A program made the translations under genes and the position numbers. A model generated the notes under the pieces. It was not told where the DNA came from. It was given only the letters and a program-made list of their open reading frames with translations, and searched no databases. This document shows positions 28,618 through 38,715 of a stretch of DNA of 64,000 bases, piece after piece. Source of the stretch: Candidatus Sungiibacteriota bacterium (lineage in GTDB: Bacteria; Patescibacteriota; Minisyncoccia; Sungbacterales; JACQCQ01); assembly GCA_016201505.1 (NCBI GenBank), contig JACQCQ010000013.1, positions 80,830 to 144,829 of the forward strand. The letters are read 5' to 3'. How positions within the stretch are numbered: the stretch's first letter is position 1; each line of letters starts with the position of its first letter.

Positions 28618-28686
28618 CCAGGCAGTAGAAATTCGACTCGCTTCACAGCTGGCCGCAGAGAGGCCGGTCGAATTTCTACTGCCTGG
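28618..28686. mobile_element. MITE-like element, CCAGG family
   Basis: Perfect 20-bp TIR CCAGGCAGTAGAAATTCGAC, flanked by TTTT on both sides. Confidence 0.65.
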
Positions 28687-29206
28687 TTTTTCCTTTTGAC
28701 GCGTTACTTCGCGTCCTAAGGGGACCATGCTCACGGTACCCCTACCGCCTCACTCTCGTTCGCTGTATCAACAGCGCCCTCAAGCGAGTCACATGTATGC
28801 ACAGAGAAATTTTTTCGAAACTCAAGGGAGGGATCCCGTCGTCGGAACGACAAATCCCTATGGGGAGAGTTGTAACATGCTCCTCCCTTGGTGATGAAAA
28901 AATTTCTCTGTGCAAAACATGCGCGAGCGCTTTCGATCCCATTCGCTCCCCACGCTTTCGTCTGTGAACGTCAGGACAAGGCCAGCAACATGCCTTCGCC
29001 TTTGGTATTCCCTATGATATCAACGGATTTCACCCCTACACCATAAGTTCTAGTTGCCTCTCCTTGCCTCTAGTCGTGCCGTTTCGAATGCGGCCTACGA
29101 GTTAAGCCCGTAGATTTAACACCCGACTAACACGACCGTCTGGAGACCCTTTACGCCCAATAAATCCGGATAACGCTTGAAGCCTTCGTATTACCGCGGC
29201 TGCTGG

Positions 29207-29333
29207 CCAGGTAGTAGAAGTTCGACTGCGCGCGAGCGCAAATTATTTTCGAACATTTAATTTTCAGAGCCATGACAGATAGTGCTCCCAACTACAGAAA
29301 TCTTCATTTCATAGTCGAACTTTCACTACCTGG
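29207..29333. mobile_element. MITE-like element, CCAGG family, at the 3' splice junction
   Basis: 21-bp TIR with 2 mismatches, flanked by CTGG on both sides. Confidence 0.65.
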
Positions 29334-29777
29334 CTGGCACGAAATTCTACCGCCAATTTGGACTATATCATCACCCCGATGTTCATCGGGGGTCCCGCGT
29401 GTAGTCTCTGAGGGCTCTCTGCTATAAGTTCGATAGACTAGTCTATCGAACTTATAGAAACAGGTTGCCTGCTGATTGTTTCGTTGCGCGTCTTTGCAGT
29501 TTGCAAAACATTTCCGCGGACACAACGAAGTGTTCCAGTCCCGCAAGCCTCCCCACCGCAATACACTGATGTATTGTAGTGGCATGACTCACAGGATTCC
29601 CGAATCCATCTTTTCTTACGGCCAATAGGGCCGCGGGATTGCGATTTGTAACTACTCCGCCTTCGCTAAAAGCTTCGGCGGACAAGTCGTTACACTCGCA
29701 GACAAATCGGGAACATATAGCGAGATTTTCTTATGACGTATTACTACGCCAACTTCGCACCAAGTTTTTCTAACTTC
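29208..29777 (-). mobile_element. Group I intron at ~16S position 516
   Basis: Junction AACTTCGT|GAAGTT..G|GCCAGCAGCC; Q, R and S elements present; no endonuclease ORF. Confidence 0.85.
29422..29457. repeat. Perfect 36-bp palindrome, family P2, solo inside intron
   Basis: CTATAAGTTCGATAGACT|AGTCTATCGAACTTATAG; identical to 35243..35278. Confidence 0.95.
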
Positions 29778-29813
29778 ACGAAGTTTGCAGCTTCTTATTC
29801 ATCTGGTACGGTC

Positions 29814-29990
29814 AGTCGTGCCTCGCTCTAGCGAACCACTCTCAATTTTAAATTTCCAATTTCTAATTTTCAATGAATGTCCTAATGTCTCAATTTCCAA
29901 AGGTTTGGGGTATTGAATCATTAAGAATTGACTGAAAATTGCAAAATTGATCATTGCAAATTGTGTGCCTCACAAAAGTGAGACACGACT
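29814..29990 (-). other. Insertion in 16S V3 helix containing a heptamer-repeat hairpin
   Basis: Closed by AGTCGTG/CACGACT stem; AATTTCT/AATTTCC-type repeats. Confidence 0.75.
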
Positions 29991-30238
29991 TCTTCCCAGA
30001 TAAAAGCAGTTTACAGACCGAAGTCCTTCTTCCTGCACGCGGCGTCGCTCGATCAGGCTTTCGCCCATTGTCGAATATTCTCGACTGCAGCCACCCGTAG
30101 GTGTATGAACCGTATCTCAGTTTCATCGTTGGGGATCACGCTCTCACGCCCCCTACCCGTCATAGCCAAGGTGCGCCATTACCACACCTTCTAGCTGATA
30201 GGACCAAGGCTCCTCCCCGAGCGCTCTTGCGAGCTTTA

Positions 30239-30297
30239 CCCCGCCTAAATTTTTGAGCTTTTTCATACTTTCAAAAAGCTCAAAAATTTAGGCGGGG
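30239..30297 (-). other. 25-bp hairpin insertion in 16S V2 region
   Basis: CCCCGCCTAAATTTTTGAGCTTTTT..AAAAAGCTCAAAAATTTAGGCGGGG. Confidence 0.8.
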
Positions 30298-30978
30298 ACC
30301 ATTGAGTATTAGCCAATCTTTCGGCTGGTTATTCTCATCTCGGGGGTAGATTCCAAGGTATTACTGAACTCGTTCGCCGCTAACTGGCAAATTGCGCGTA
30401 GCTAATGGAAAATAGTATTGCTACTATAAGCCATCCGCCAATTGCTATAAGCCAATTCGCACGACTTGCATGCCCTATCCACGCCGCCAGCGTTCATCCT
30501 GGACCAGGATCAAATCCTCTAATAGATCAGTTAGTTTTTCAGTTTACTAGTTGCCTAGTTCACATATTGCTAACTGCCGAGAACAAGAGGAAGAAAGAAA
30601 CGAATTTTTAGAAAACTCGCGAAAAAATAAAAAAAATTTAGGACCAGTCCCGCAGCTTCACAGCTGCGGGACTGGTCTGCGGCGGATGAGATGCCGGGAG
30701 CAGCACCCTTGGCCACACACGCCTCCAGCCACGAAGCACTCCGGAATGCTCCGCACTAGATTTGGAGAGTTTCTCATTTTGGCATCGGCGACGAATCTCA
30801 CAGGATCTTCGCCGAACGCCGTACCAACGCCAGCAAAATCGGGCCTTCCAACACTGGCGTCTTTCGCCCTAGGTCCACCCCCATCGGGCGTTGGACGGCT
30901 CGCGCGTAGGCGAGGAGCCCTATTCGATTTTAATGTCTCGCGACACTCCCTTTTGGCCGCCGCACCATCAAAGATCTT

Positions 30979-31386
30979 CTACGGACGGCCTGTCCAGCCG
31001 TCATCGAATGAACCGATTCGATGCGTCGCAGGATCTGCCGGCGTTCCGGCGAGTAGCGAGAACTGCGTACCGAGATCGTCAGCCTTGAAACCGTGATCAA
31101 GCAGGAACTGACGCGTCCGCGCGATACGCTCGATGATAGGGTCTATGGCGCTTGAGCCTCTCTTCCGCCAGAGCTTATCCAGCGCCCAGAGAAGATCACG
31201 GGCCTTTCCCTTCTGATGCAGAATTTTCAAAGCTCCCGGTTCCCCCGCAATTTCGTAGAGAATCTCATCCTCGATAGATTCAAGCGCCCGAAGCTGATGG
31301 CGCCAGATGCGAAGCAACGAGCTTGCGGGAGGCACAATGTACCCCTCGCTTGTAAGCGTACCAAGGATTTTACTCGGCATTGTCAC
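30979..31386 (-). CDS. 135-aa hypothetical protein in the 16S leader region
   Basis: SD AAGGAG + GTG; lies inside 22-bp inverted repeats 30579..30600 / 31399..31420. Confidence 0.6.
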   Translation of the reverse strand: MTMPSKILGTLTSEGYIVPPASSLLRIWRHQLRALESIEDEILYEIAGEPGALKILHQKGKARDLLWALDKLWRKRGSSAIDPIIERIARTRQFLLDHGFKADDLGTQFSLLAGTPADPATHRIGSFDDGWTGRP

Positions 31387-31651
31387 GACTCCTTTCCTTT
31401 TCCTTCTTCCTCTTGTTCTCTAATTCACTCATTAAGTTTTACTTAGCGAGTATAGTTCTAAAATCGAGCTCCGCAGTAATTATGAGAATCGGAATCCCGC
31501 ATCAATCTCGGCGCGACTTTCATTCGTTCGTGAGTCGAATGCTCGGAGATCGCCTCCGGCTGACTTTATAGAATAAGAAAGTTTGTCGTAAAGATTGGTG
31601 CGGGATTCTCGATTTTGTCCTCAAAAATTATCGCTTCACTCAATTTTTGAA

Positions 31652-31681
31652 CAAAATCGGAACAGTTGGAATTTTTCCAGG
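31652..31681 (-). other. 5' arm of putative pre-16S processing stem
   Basis: Complementary to 24829..24858. Confidence 0.7.
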
Positions 31682-31830
31682 CCTTTCAGTTTCTAGTTAC
31701 GCTCGCATTGCGAGCTACAGTTTTCTAGTTATAACTAGCCAACTAATAAACTAGCGAACTAAAAGGTTACTAATTTATCCCGTTAGAAACTTTTTCTAAT
31801 CGGGATTGTGCTACACCCATTATTTTTATT

Positions 31831-31858
31831 CACTCCAATACTTTAAAGTATTGGAGTG
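31831..31858. repeat. Perfect 28-bp palindrome, family P3, solo
   Basis: CACTCCAATACTTT|AAAGTATTGGAGTG; identical to 36548..36575. Confidence 0.95.
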
Positions 31859-32281
31859 CTTCAATAATGGTGTATTTGTCCCGTTAGAAACTTTTCCTAA
31901 CGGGATCTATTCAATTATTAAAATACTGTCCAAGCAGACACCACGAATTTATACAAACTGTTTTCGGCAAACACGCACAAACATTTCGTATCCTTTCGTT
32001 AACAATCTTGTAACGATTCGTGGTTTATTCTTACAAAACAGAACCACGCAAATTCCCATAAAGAAACTTGCGCGGTTCTGCCTGCATTGTGTCCCCCAAT
32101 TGACTCGAGGGTTTTGACTTGTTCCCGGCCCCAACGATTCCGATAGACCGAGTATTTTGATAGGCGAAACAGCTACATCCCGTTTAGAAGTAAGAAACTG
32201 ATGTTTCTGCTACTTTCAGAGAAAGAGGACTTCTAACGGGATACATTTAACCTATCTGACAACCAAGTTAAGGTAAGTAAA

Positions 32282-32309
32282 AGTATAAGCCTCTATAAGA
32301 AATTGTCAA
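32282..32309 (-). promoter_or_regulatory. Candidate rRNA promoter
   Basis: TTGACA-16 nt-TATACT pointing toward 16S. Confidence 0.55.
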
Positions 32310-32473
32310 TCCCGTTAGAAGCCGCGACTACGAAAGATAGAACTAAAATGATTATTTTTATTGAATCTAGACTAATCTGACACAAACACGTTTGATCGCG
32401 ATCCTACCTGCGCTCCGTCGGCCATAGCCTTTGGCGACGTGCGACCGGCAGGCAGGTCTGCTTCTAACGGGAT
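32309..32473. mobile_element. CCCGTTAG-TIR miniature element with nested REP-like insert
   Basis: ATCCCGTTAGAAGC...GCTTCTAACGGGAT; subterminal sequence homologous to 59674..59780. Confidence 0.7.
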
Positions 32474-32498
32474 CAAGTATTTCCTCCAGCCGCATCGC

Positions 32499-33236
32499 TC
32501 AGCGAAACAGCAACGCCGCCCCGATGGCTTGAGCCGCATCCCCTAAAGCGCCAAATGCAATTTGAGGCACGATATCGCCTAATCGATCGGCTACTTTTTT
32601 CTGCAGGACTTCTAAATCATATTTTCCCGCCGCAATCGGCCCGCCGCCGATGACGACAGCTTGGGGATGAAATTTATGAATGGCTTCAGAAATTACCCCC
32701 GCATATGCGTTGGACGCATCACCGGCAATCGCAAATTCTTGACGGGCTAATTCTTCCCACTCAATGGCGCCTTTCTTCCAATGTCCGATTTCACCCGCTC
32801 GTCCATCATCGCCGACATAAAACGTTCCGTTCTTCCAAACAGCGCCCCCAATGCCAGTCCCGACGACAACACCGACCGCGTCTTTAAATCCGCGGGCCGC
32901 ACCCCAGGCCATCTCGGCGGAGAGAAAACAGCGCGCGTCATTATCGGCCCGGATCTCGCCTGAAAAATCAGGCAGCAGATCGGCCGCGGATTGGTGATTT
33001 AAAAATGAAATATTCGGTGCCTCTTCGATGATCAATCCGCCCTCTGGTACAAACCCGGCGAGGCTTAATCCGATCTTAGTTCCTTCAAAGTCTTTCGCGA
33101 TATCGGATAAGGATTTTTTTAATTCAGCTAAGCTTTTTGGAGTCTGGATTTTTTTAGCTTGAAAGTTTTGGCTAAGAAACCCTCGAAGCACGACACTTCG
33201 AATCCAGGTTGCGCCGATATCAATCCCCAAATACAT
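32499..33236 (-). CDS. ROK-family sugar kinase
   Basis: GIDIGAT, DNDA, GTGIGG, GEIGH. Confidence 0.9.
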   Translation of the reverse strand: MYLGIDIGATWIRSVVLRGFLSQNFQAKKIQTPKSLAELKKSLSDIAKDFEGTKIGLSLAGFVPEGGLIIEEAPNISFLNHQSAADLLPDFSGEIRADNDARCFLSAEMAWGAARGFKDAVGVVVGTGIGGAVWKNGTFYVGDDGRAGEIGHWKKGAIEWEELARQEFAIAGDASNAYAGVISEAIHKFHPQAVVIGGGPIAAGKYDLEVLQKKVADRLGDIVPQIAFGALGDAAQAIGAALLFR

Positions 33237-33239
33237 GAA

Positions 33240-35069
33240 CTATAGCGCGCTCTGGTTAAATAATTCACCCGCCATATTCCAATATTCTGGTCTGGCATGT
33301 TTTGTTTTCATGTAATACCACCATTCTGCCCCCCAAAGATAATATTCATCAAATCCGGCGGCTTGGGCATAGCTGATAACTTCTTGGAAGTATGCGGGGG
33401 TGAAATTGTTAATTTGCGTTTTGATCGGAGTCTCCGGAATGGATAAATGCTGCCAGGGTTCGGCTTGTAATTCAATCACGAGATAGCGCTCATCGGGTTT
33501 GCCGGTAAAATATTTCACGAATTTTTCTTTCAGCAAAAAAGCGCCGGGACCAATGGGATATTCCGTCACACCAAAAAACGGACCCAAAATGCGCGAATAG
33601 ACTTTGCGGTACATCGTCGTGCCAAAAACATCGCCGCGCGAAGCCGCGCGAATCCAATCCCCCGTCTCGCCCGCGTCCGATATTAAAATTTGGTGCGCTG
33701 GATCAATTGATCGCACTAAGGCTATTTCGTTATCAAGAAATCCGCCGGGCCGCGAAGGGCAGGTGCCAAAGGGCAGAAATGGTTCATTTTCCACTTGCCA
33801 GAGATAGAGACTCGGACTGGCTACGTAATGTCGGACAACCTCGGCGATAAAGGGTTGCAGCTTGGCTTCTTTCTCCCCTGTCGAAAGATTCTCTACCCAG
33901 CCAGGAAGATGGCACTCCGGCCAACGCGGCAGCTTCATGCCGACCGCCAAAATTACCGGCAGGTTTCTTTTTTCGGCCTCATGCATAAGGATATCCAGCC
34001 GCGAGAAATCGAATTTATTTTCCTTTGGCTCGATCTCGTCCCAATAGGCCACAAGCCGCAGGCGTTTCGGTTGGAGTTCATCGAGTATGGCAATGTACGA
34101 CGAACGCCAATCCAGCCCGAGTTGGTCGGTAAAGGCGGTCGAGAACGTAAGTCCCCAGACAATCGGCCGGTCGGGATTCTTTTTTAATGTACCAGAATAA
34201 GCGGAAAGTCCGAACACTAAAAGCCCCGAGAAAATGAAAGCTATTGCCAGAATTTTCCCCCATAACACCCTGCCGCGAAATTTCTCATGCAGCAGCAATG
34301 CGCCAAAAATAAAAATAATGACATACTGAAAGCCCTGGACAGACTCAACCAGCGCCGGATGCGCCAGAAAAACGGCAAACGAAAATAAGAACGAGCCAAT
34401 TCCCGCGACGAGACGATTGGCCAGATAATATGCGCTTTCAGTTTTGATTTCCGCCCCTTTTTCGCTTTGCAGCTTCTGGCGAAACTGCGGAATCAGAAAA
34501 GCCAAAAGCGCAAGCAACACGCCGCCGATTTTTACCCAGACAAATCCGGCGATAAACGTGCTGTGAAGGTAGACGTATTTGGTGAGCACTTGTGAAAAAC
34601 CGAGCAGAAGTGCGCTGAATGTGGTCAGGAGGATCATGCGAACCCTCATTCCGCGCTCTTCGATAAAAAAGAGGACTAGGCCCCCGAAGACTAAAAACCA
34701 AAAGCCAAATGATTCGCCCTGCCCGACCGGAATATGCAGCAGATACGAAGAAAACAGAAGTGCCGAGAGGGCTGAAAATCCGGCAATGATGGGCAGGCTA
34801 ATGGAGGCCTCGCTGTGATGCAAGGCGAAATAAAGCAAGAGGAGACCCAGACAGAATAATGCCCCCGCGGCAAGCGCTGTACCTATCAAACTAATCGGAA
34901 TAACGACATTCCCAAAAGGAATTAAAACAAGCGCAAAAAGTCCCAAGAGGCCCAACCAGAAGGCATACGACCAAGGATTAAAAACCCCGCGTTTTAAAAT
35001 CACGCGATCAAAAACTGCTGCCAGACCAAGTAGGAATTGAGATAAAAGTGCGACAAAGAGCCAGTTCAT
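33240..35069 (-). CDS. EamA/DMT-like membrane domain fused to a TIM-barrel glycoside hydrolase
   Basis: ~10 TM helices then YWDEIEP, WQVENEP, IELQAEPW. Confidence 0.7.
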   Translation of the reverse strand: MNWLFVALLSQFLLGLAAVFDRVILKRGVFNPWSYAFWLGLLGLFALVLIPFGNVVIPISLIGTALAAGALFCLGLLLLYFALHHSEASISLPIIAGFSALSALLFSSYLLHIPVGQGESFGFWFLVFGGLVLFFIEERGMRVRMILLTTFSALLLGFSQVLTKYVYLHSTFIAGFVWVKIGGVLLALLAFLIPQFRQKLQSEKGAEIKTESAYYLANRLVAGIGSFLFSFAVFLAHPALVESVQGFQYVIIFIFGALLLHEKFRGRVLWGKILAIAFIFSGLLVFGLSAYSGTLKKNPDRPIVWGLTFSTAFTDQLGLDWRSSYIAILDELQPKRLRLVAYWDEIEPKENKFDFSRLDILMHEAEKRNLPVILAVGMKLPRWPECHLPGWVENLSTGEKEAKLQPFIAEVVRHYVASPSLYLWQVENEPFLPFGTCPSRPGGFLDNEIALVRSIDPAHQILISDAGETGDWIRAASRGDVFGTTMYRKVYSRILGPFFGVTEYPIGPGAFLLKEKFVKYFTGKPDERYLVIELQAEPWQHLSIPETPIKTQINNFTPAYFQEVISYAQAAGFDEYYLWGAEWWYYMKTKHARPEYWNMAGELFNQSAL

Positions 35070-35172
35070 CCCGTTAGAGAATTAATCAGTAACTCTAGCG
35101 CAAGTTTAATGTCTATATGTGCTACAAGTCTCATTTTCGGAATACAGTTTCTCGCTAATTCTCTAACGGGAT
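35068..35172. mobile_element. CCCGTTAG-TIR miniature element
   Basis: 17-bp TIR ATCCCGTTAGAGAATTA; end overlaps the ATG of the downstream gene. Confidence 0.7.
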
Positions 35173-35242
35173 AGACTATTTACCTCAATTGTATCCCGCG
35201 AACGGGTTAAGCTGAAATTGGGCAAAGGGGAATGGCCAAAAG

Positions 35243-35278
35243 CTATAAGTTCGATAGACTAGTCTATCGAACTTATAG
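35243..35278. repeat. Perfect 36-bp palindrome, family P2, solo
   Basis: Identical to 29422..29457 including flanking G and AAA. Confidence 0.95.
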
Positions 35279-35325
35279 AAAGCTGAAAGATTATAATGAG
35301 AATATTCCGCTCTCGAAGTTTTATT

Positions 35326-36537
35326 CTAATCCCCCAACGGGATTGTATTCGTTGCGATGATTTTTTTGTACTCAAGGGCCGATGGTCGAATTTTGCGCTC
35401 TTGGGTTTTGTAGTTTACCTCCACCAGGCCAAACCGCGGACTAAATCCGGAGTCCCATTCAAAATTATCGATGAGAGACCAGTGTAAATAGCCAAAGCAG
35501 TTCACTCCCTTTGTTAAAGCTCTTGCGACGCTTTTCACATTATCTTGAATGTAGGCCGGCCGGTAATTATCTTTGGCGTCAGCCAGTCCGTTTTCAGTGA
35601 CGATAATCGACGCATTAAATCTTCGATGTAAGCCCATCAGTGCATGATACAGACTCCCGTCAAAAATTTCCCAACCCATATCTGAAACTTTTTTGTTTTT
35701 ATTTCTGCCAAAGCCGTAATGAATGCGATTATGAAAATAATGATTTAAGCCAATAAAATCAAAATGCCCTCGCGTGTGATTTAAAACATGATAGTTCCAG
35801 ATGCGGTCAGCCGCCCATTTCAAAATATAGTTCACCGGCCCGCCCGCGGATTCAAAGTAGACAATATTAACTGCCAGCCCGACTTTGGCATCGGGGCGCA
35901 CACCCTTTACCGCCTGATAGGCTTTCCGATGAGCAGTAATCAAGCGCGCGATAGCTTTATAAAATAAAAAAATATTCTTCTTTTGCGGCCCCCACTTGCC
36001 CCTTAAATAGGAGTTTAAGGCATAGATCTCCGGTTCATTGATAGTGATCCAATGGCGGACATCGCCACCGAAAGCCTCGGCCATTTTTTTTACGTAGCGT
36101 TCAAAGTACATCGGGAATTGGCTTGATTGAATCCCGCCCTGATTGCGAAGCCAAATTGGTAACGTAAAGTGCCACAGGGTGAGAAACGGCTCAATGCCGC
36201 GCTCGCGAAGCGCTTTAATTACCTCGCGATAATGTTCAATGGCAGCCTGATCGAATTTTCCTTTTTTCGGCTCAATGTATGACCACTCAAGCGAAAACCG
36301 GTGCGCATTGTGGCCTAAATCTTTGGCGATATCAAAATCCTCGCGGAATCGATTATAGTGATCAGAGGCGCGGCCTGAAATATAATCTTCGGGATTTAAA
36401 CCTTCGGTCTTTAACTCTAGAACGCGCTTGGGAGACTCTTCCCACTCCGTCCAATCATTATGATTTGCGCCTTCTACCTGATGCGCCGAGGTTGCAGCCC
36501 CCCAGAAAAATCCGCTCGGAAATTTAAATGTCTCCAT
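35326..36537 (-). CDS. Glycoside hydrolase family 1
   Basis: FFWGAATSAHQVEG, TINEP, VTENG, DNFEW. Confidence 0.95.
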   Translation of the reverse strand: METFKFPSGFFWGAATSAHQVEGANHNDWTEWEESPKRVLELKTEGLNPEDYISGRASDHYNRFREDFDIAKDLGHNAHRFSLEWSYIEPKKGKFDQAAIEHYREVIKALRERGIEPFLTLWHFTLPIWLRNQGGIQSSQFPMYFERYVKKMAEAFGGDVRHWITINEPEIYALNSYLRGKWGPQKKNIFLFYKAIARLITAHRKAYQAVKGVRPDAKVGLAVNIVYFESAGGPVNYILKWAADRIWNYHVLNHTRGHFDFIGLNHYFHNRIHYGFGRNKNKKVSDMGWEIFDGSLYHALMGLHRRFNASIIVTENGLADAKDNYRPAYIQDNVKSVARALTKGVNCFGYLHWSLIDNFEWDSGFSPRFGLVEVNYKTQERKIRPSALEYKKIIATNTIPLGD

Positions 36538-36547
36538 GTTATCAACT

Positions 36548-36575
36548 CACTCCAATACTTTAAAGTATTGGAGTG
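36548..36575. repeat. Perfect 28-bp palindrome, family P3, abutting the TrpR-like stop
   Basis: CACTCCAATACTTT|AAAGTATTGGAGTG. Confidence 0.95.
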
Positions 36576-36986
36576 CTATACTTTCACCATGTTCCATCGA
36601 CCCCTTGGATCTGATTTTCTCGGTAAGCTCATAAAGAGTTTTTCAATAGTTTCAAACGTATTCTTGAAATTTTTGCTCCTCTCAAGATTTTTTATAAACA
36701 TCCTGAATCCCCTTCCATCGCGCTGAAGTTTTTCACTAATCGTGCCTATGGTAGTTTGGCTAACTTTTAAAATTCGTTCTATCTGCTGATAGGAGTAATC
36801 CTCTTCGAGCAAAAGCGCTATTAAGATTCTTTTTCCGAGCATTGCTTTTTCAGTAGTAGTCAATAAATCATCAAAGAACAATTTCAACGAGCCTCTATCC
36901 CGCAAAATTAAGGTGGCTTCGACGATTCTGCTTGACAGATCATCTATATGGCCTGGCGTTAATTTATAACGTGATAGATGCGGCAT
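36576..36986 (-). CDS. TrpR/YerC-like HTH protein
   Basis: DLLTTTEKAMLGKR..IALLL..YSYQQIERILKVSQTTI. Confidence 0.85.
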   Translation of the reverse strand: MPHLSRYKLTPGHIDDLSSRIVEATLILRDRGSLKLFFDDLLTTTEKAMLGKRILIALLLEEDYSYQQIERILKVSQTTIGTISEKLQRDGRGFRMFIKNLERSKNFKNTFETIEKLFMSLPRKSDPRGRWNMVKV

Positions 36987-36991
36987 GGCTG

Positions 36992-37019
36992 TACTCTAAT
37001 ACTTTAAAGTATTGGAGTA
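36992..37019. repeat. 28-bp palindrome, family P3 (1 mismatch), 5 nt upstream of the TrpR-like ATG
   Basis: TACTCTAATACTTT|AAAGTATTGGAGTA. Confidence 0.93.
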
Positions 37020-37032
37020 AAGTTTTTGGTGG

Positions 37033-37731
37033 TTATGGTGAATGCTTTTCGCGCCAGTCGGCGATTTTTTTATGATTTCCGGAAAGCAGAATCTTGGGAA
37101 CGGCGTATTTCTTACCTTTATATTCTAATACCTCCGGGCGCGTATAGTGCGGATATTCGAGCCCCTGCTTAAGAGATGCGGCCTTTTCTTTTTTAAGCAA
37201 AAGATTCCAATGCGATTCCTCTTTTAACGAATCAAGCCGAATGACTCCAGGGACCAAGCGCGCAATAGCCGAAATGATAACCATTGCTGCCGCATCACCA
37301 TCCGTTAACACATACGGCCCGATCGAAATTTCTTCGGCATGCAAAATTTTCAATACCCGTTCGTCGATACCTTCATATCGGCCGCTGATGAGCACGAGCC
37401 GCTGATATTTTTTTGCCCAGCCATGAGCCATTTTTTGGTTAAATGGCTTGCCTTTGGCCGAGAGCACAATGATCTTTGTACGCACTTCGGCGGGTTTGTC
37501 TTTTGACCTTACGTGCTCGATGACACGTATAATCGGCTCGGCCATCAGCACCATCCCCGCTCCTCCGCCGTATGGCCTGTCGTCAACTTGCCGATACGTT
37601 CCTTTGGCCCAATTTCTTACATTATGAATCTGGACGGAAATGAGGCCGCGTTCCTTGGCACGGCCCAAAACCGACGTATCAAAATACGACTCAAGTGCTT
37701 GCGGCGTTACCGATAGGATATCAAATCGCAT
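37033..37731 (-). CDS. trmD: tRNA (guanine-N1)-methyltransferase
   Basis: DDRPYGGGAGM, GRYEGIDER, SIGPYVL. Confidence 0.97.
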   Translation of the reverse strand: MRFDILSVTPQALESYFDTSVLGRAKERGLISVQIHNVRNWAKGTYRQVDDRPYGGGAGMVLMAEPIIRVIEHVRSKDKPAEVRTKIIVLSAKGKPFNQKMAHGWAKKYQRLVLISGRYEGIDERVLKILHAEEISIGPYVLTDGDAAAMVIISAIARLVPGVIRLDSLKEESHWNLLLKKEKAASLKQGLEYPHYTRPEVLEYKGKKYAVPKILLSGNHKKIADWREKHSP

Positions 37732-37824
37732 TAAGCTGTATTCCAGCATATTTATTTTTATTTCTCAAATGTGAGCCAAAATCAAAATCCGTGCTGTGGC
37801 GCGGATTTTGATTTTGGTGTTTTG

Positions 37825-38181
37825 TTATATATTCCCGAGTTCATCGACGAGCTGGTCGAGATCCCGATTCTTTTCGTTTCGCACTTCGGGGCGTTCGGAT
37901 ACTCTATCGTCGCGCCTGACATAGGTTGACCCTTCCGGCTCGGCAATCTTCAAGTTAACCCTGGCATTATTTTTAATGCCGACGACTCGAAGCAGCGTTC
38001 GGATGGCCTTCGCAGTTGATCCATTGCGGCCGATCAGTTTTCCCATATCCGATTGCGAAACATGCAGTGTTAAGAGCACCCCCATTTCATCAACCTTGCG
38101 TTCAACTTTAACGGTAGACGGATCATCCACCAAGGCCTTCACCACATGTTCGAGAAACGCCTGATCTGAATTTTGATCCAT
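37825..38181 (-). CDS. khpA: KH-domain RNA-binding protein
   Basis: DMGKLIGRNG..AKAIRT; follows rpsP. Confidence 0.9.
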   Translation of the reverse strand: MDQNSDQAFLEHVVKALVDDPSTVKVERKVDEMGVLLTLHVSQSDMGKLIGRNGSTAKAIRTLLRVVGIKNNARVNLKIAEPEGSTYVRRDDRVSERPEVRNEKNRDLDQLVDELGNI

Positions 38182-38271
38182 AGCAGTACTATCAATCTTT
38201 CCGTAGCTTTCGACCTCGCGGCTACTCTAATTTGTAAGCAAACTATAAAACGAAATTATAAAAAATTCAAA

Positions 38272-38562
38272 TTATGCGGCTGCAGTAGCTGTAGCTTTTA
38301 TCTTCATTTTAATCGGGCGCGGCTGGGCCTCAATGATCTTATGTTTGATCAACAAATTGTGCGCCGTATCAGAAACTTGAGCGCCTTTTAAAAGCCAATA
38401 GTGGATACGTTCGCTTTTTAAAACAGTCTGCTTCGTCTTGGGATGATAGGAACCCAAAAGCTCCAGGTATTTTCCCCGGGCGGCATTTTGATGTTCGGTG
38501 ACCACGAGCCGAAAGGCTGGGTCATTTTTTCGGCCGACGCGCTGGAAACGGATAACTAACAT
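38272..38562 (-). CDS. rpsP: 30S ribosomal protein S16
   Basis: MLVIRFQRVGRK..FRLVV, GAQVSDT. Confidence 0.96.
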   Translation of the reverse strand: MLVIRFQRVGRKNDPAFRLVVTEHQNAARGKYLELLGSYHPKTKQTVLKSERIHYWLLKGAQVSDTAHNLLIKHKIIEAQPRPIKMKIKATATAAA

Positions 38563-38683
38563 GGACCCAAATTTCTAATATCTAATTCCTAATTTCTAAT
38601 ACCTAAAACTAACTCTACGAGAGTAACGAAAACGAGCCCACAAGTCAAACTACGCCTCCCGCATGGAATTGAAAGTCATACAT

Positions 38684-38715
38684 TACCTATAACATCCTAT
38701 AGTACGTTATAGGTA
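38684..38715. repeat. 32-bp imperfect palindrome, solo
   Basis: TACCTATAACATCCTA|TAGTACGTTATAGGTA, 2 mismatched pairs. Confidence 0.75.

Larger units (their letters stand above)
27842..28935 (-). mobile_element. Group I intron at ~16S position 788
   Basis: Junction GGGAT|..G|TAGATACCC; R CAGAGACTGCACG, S ATGATACAGTCCG. Confidence 0.85.

Noticed and set aside
31806-32134. Small ORFs upstream of the 16S leader
   Set aside because: Cross repeats, no motifs or convincing start context
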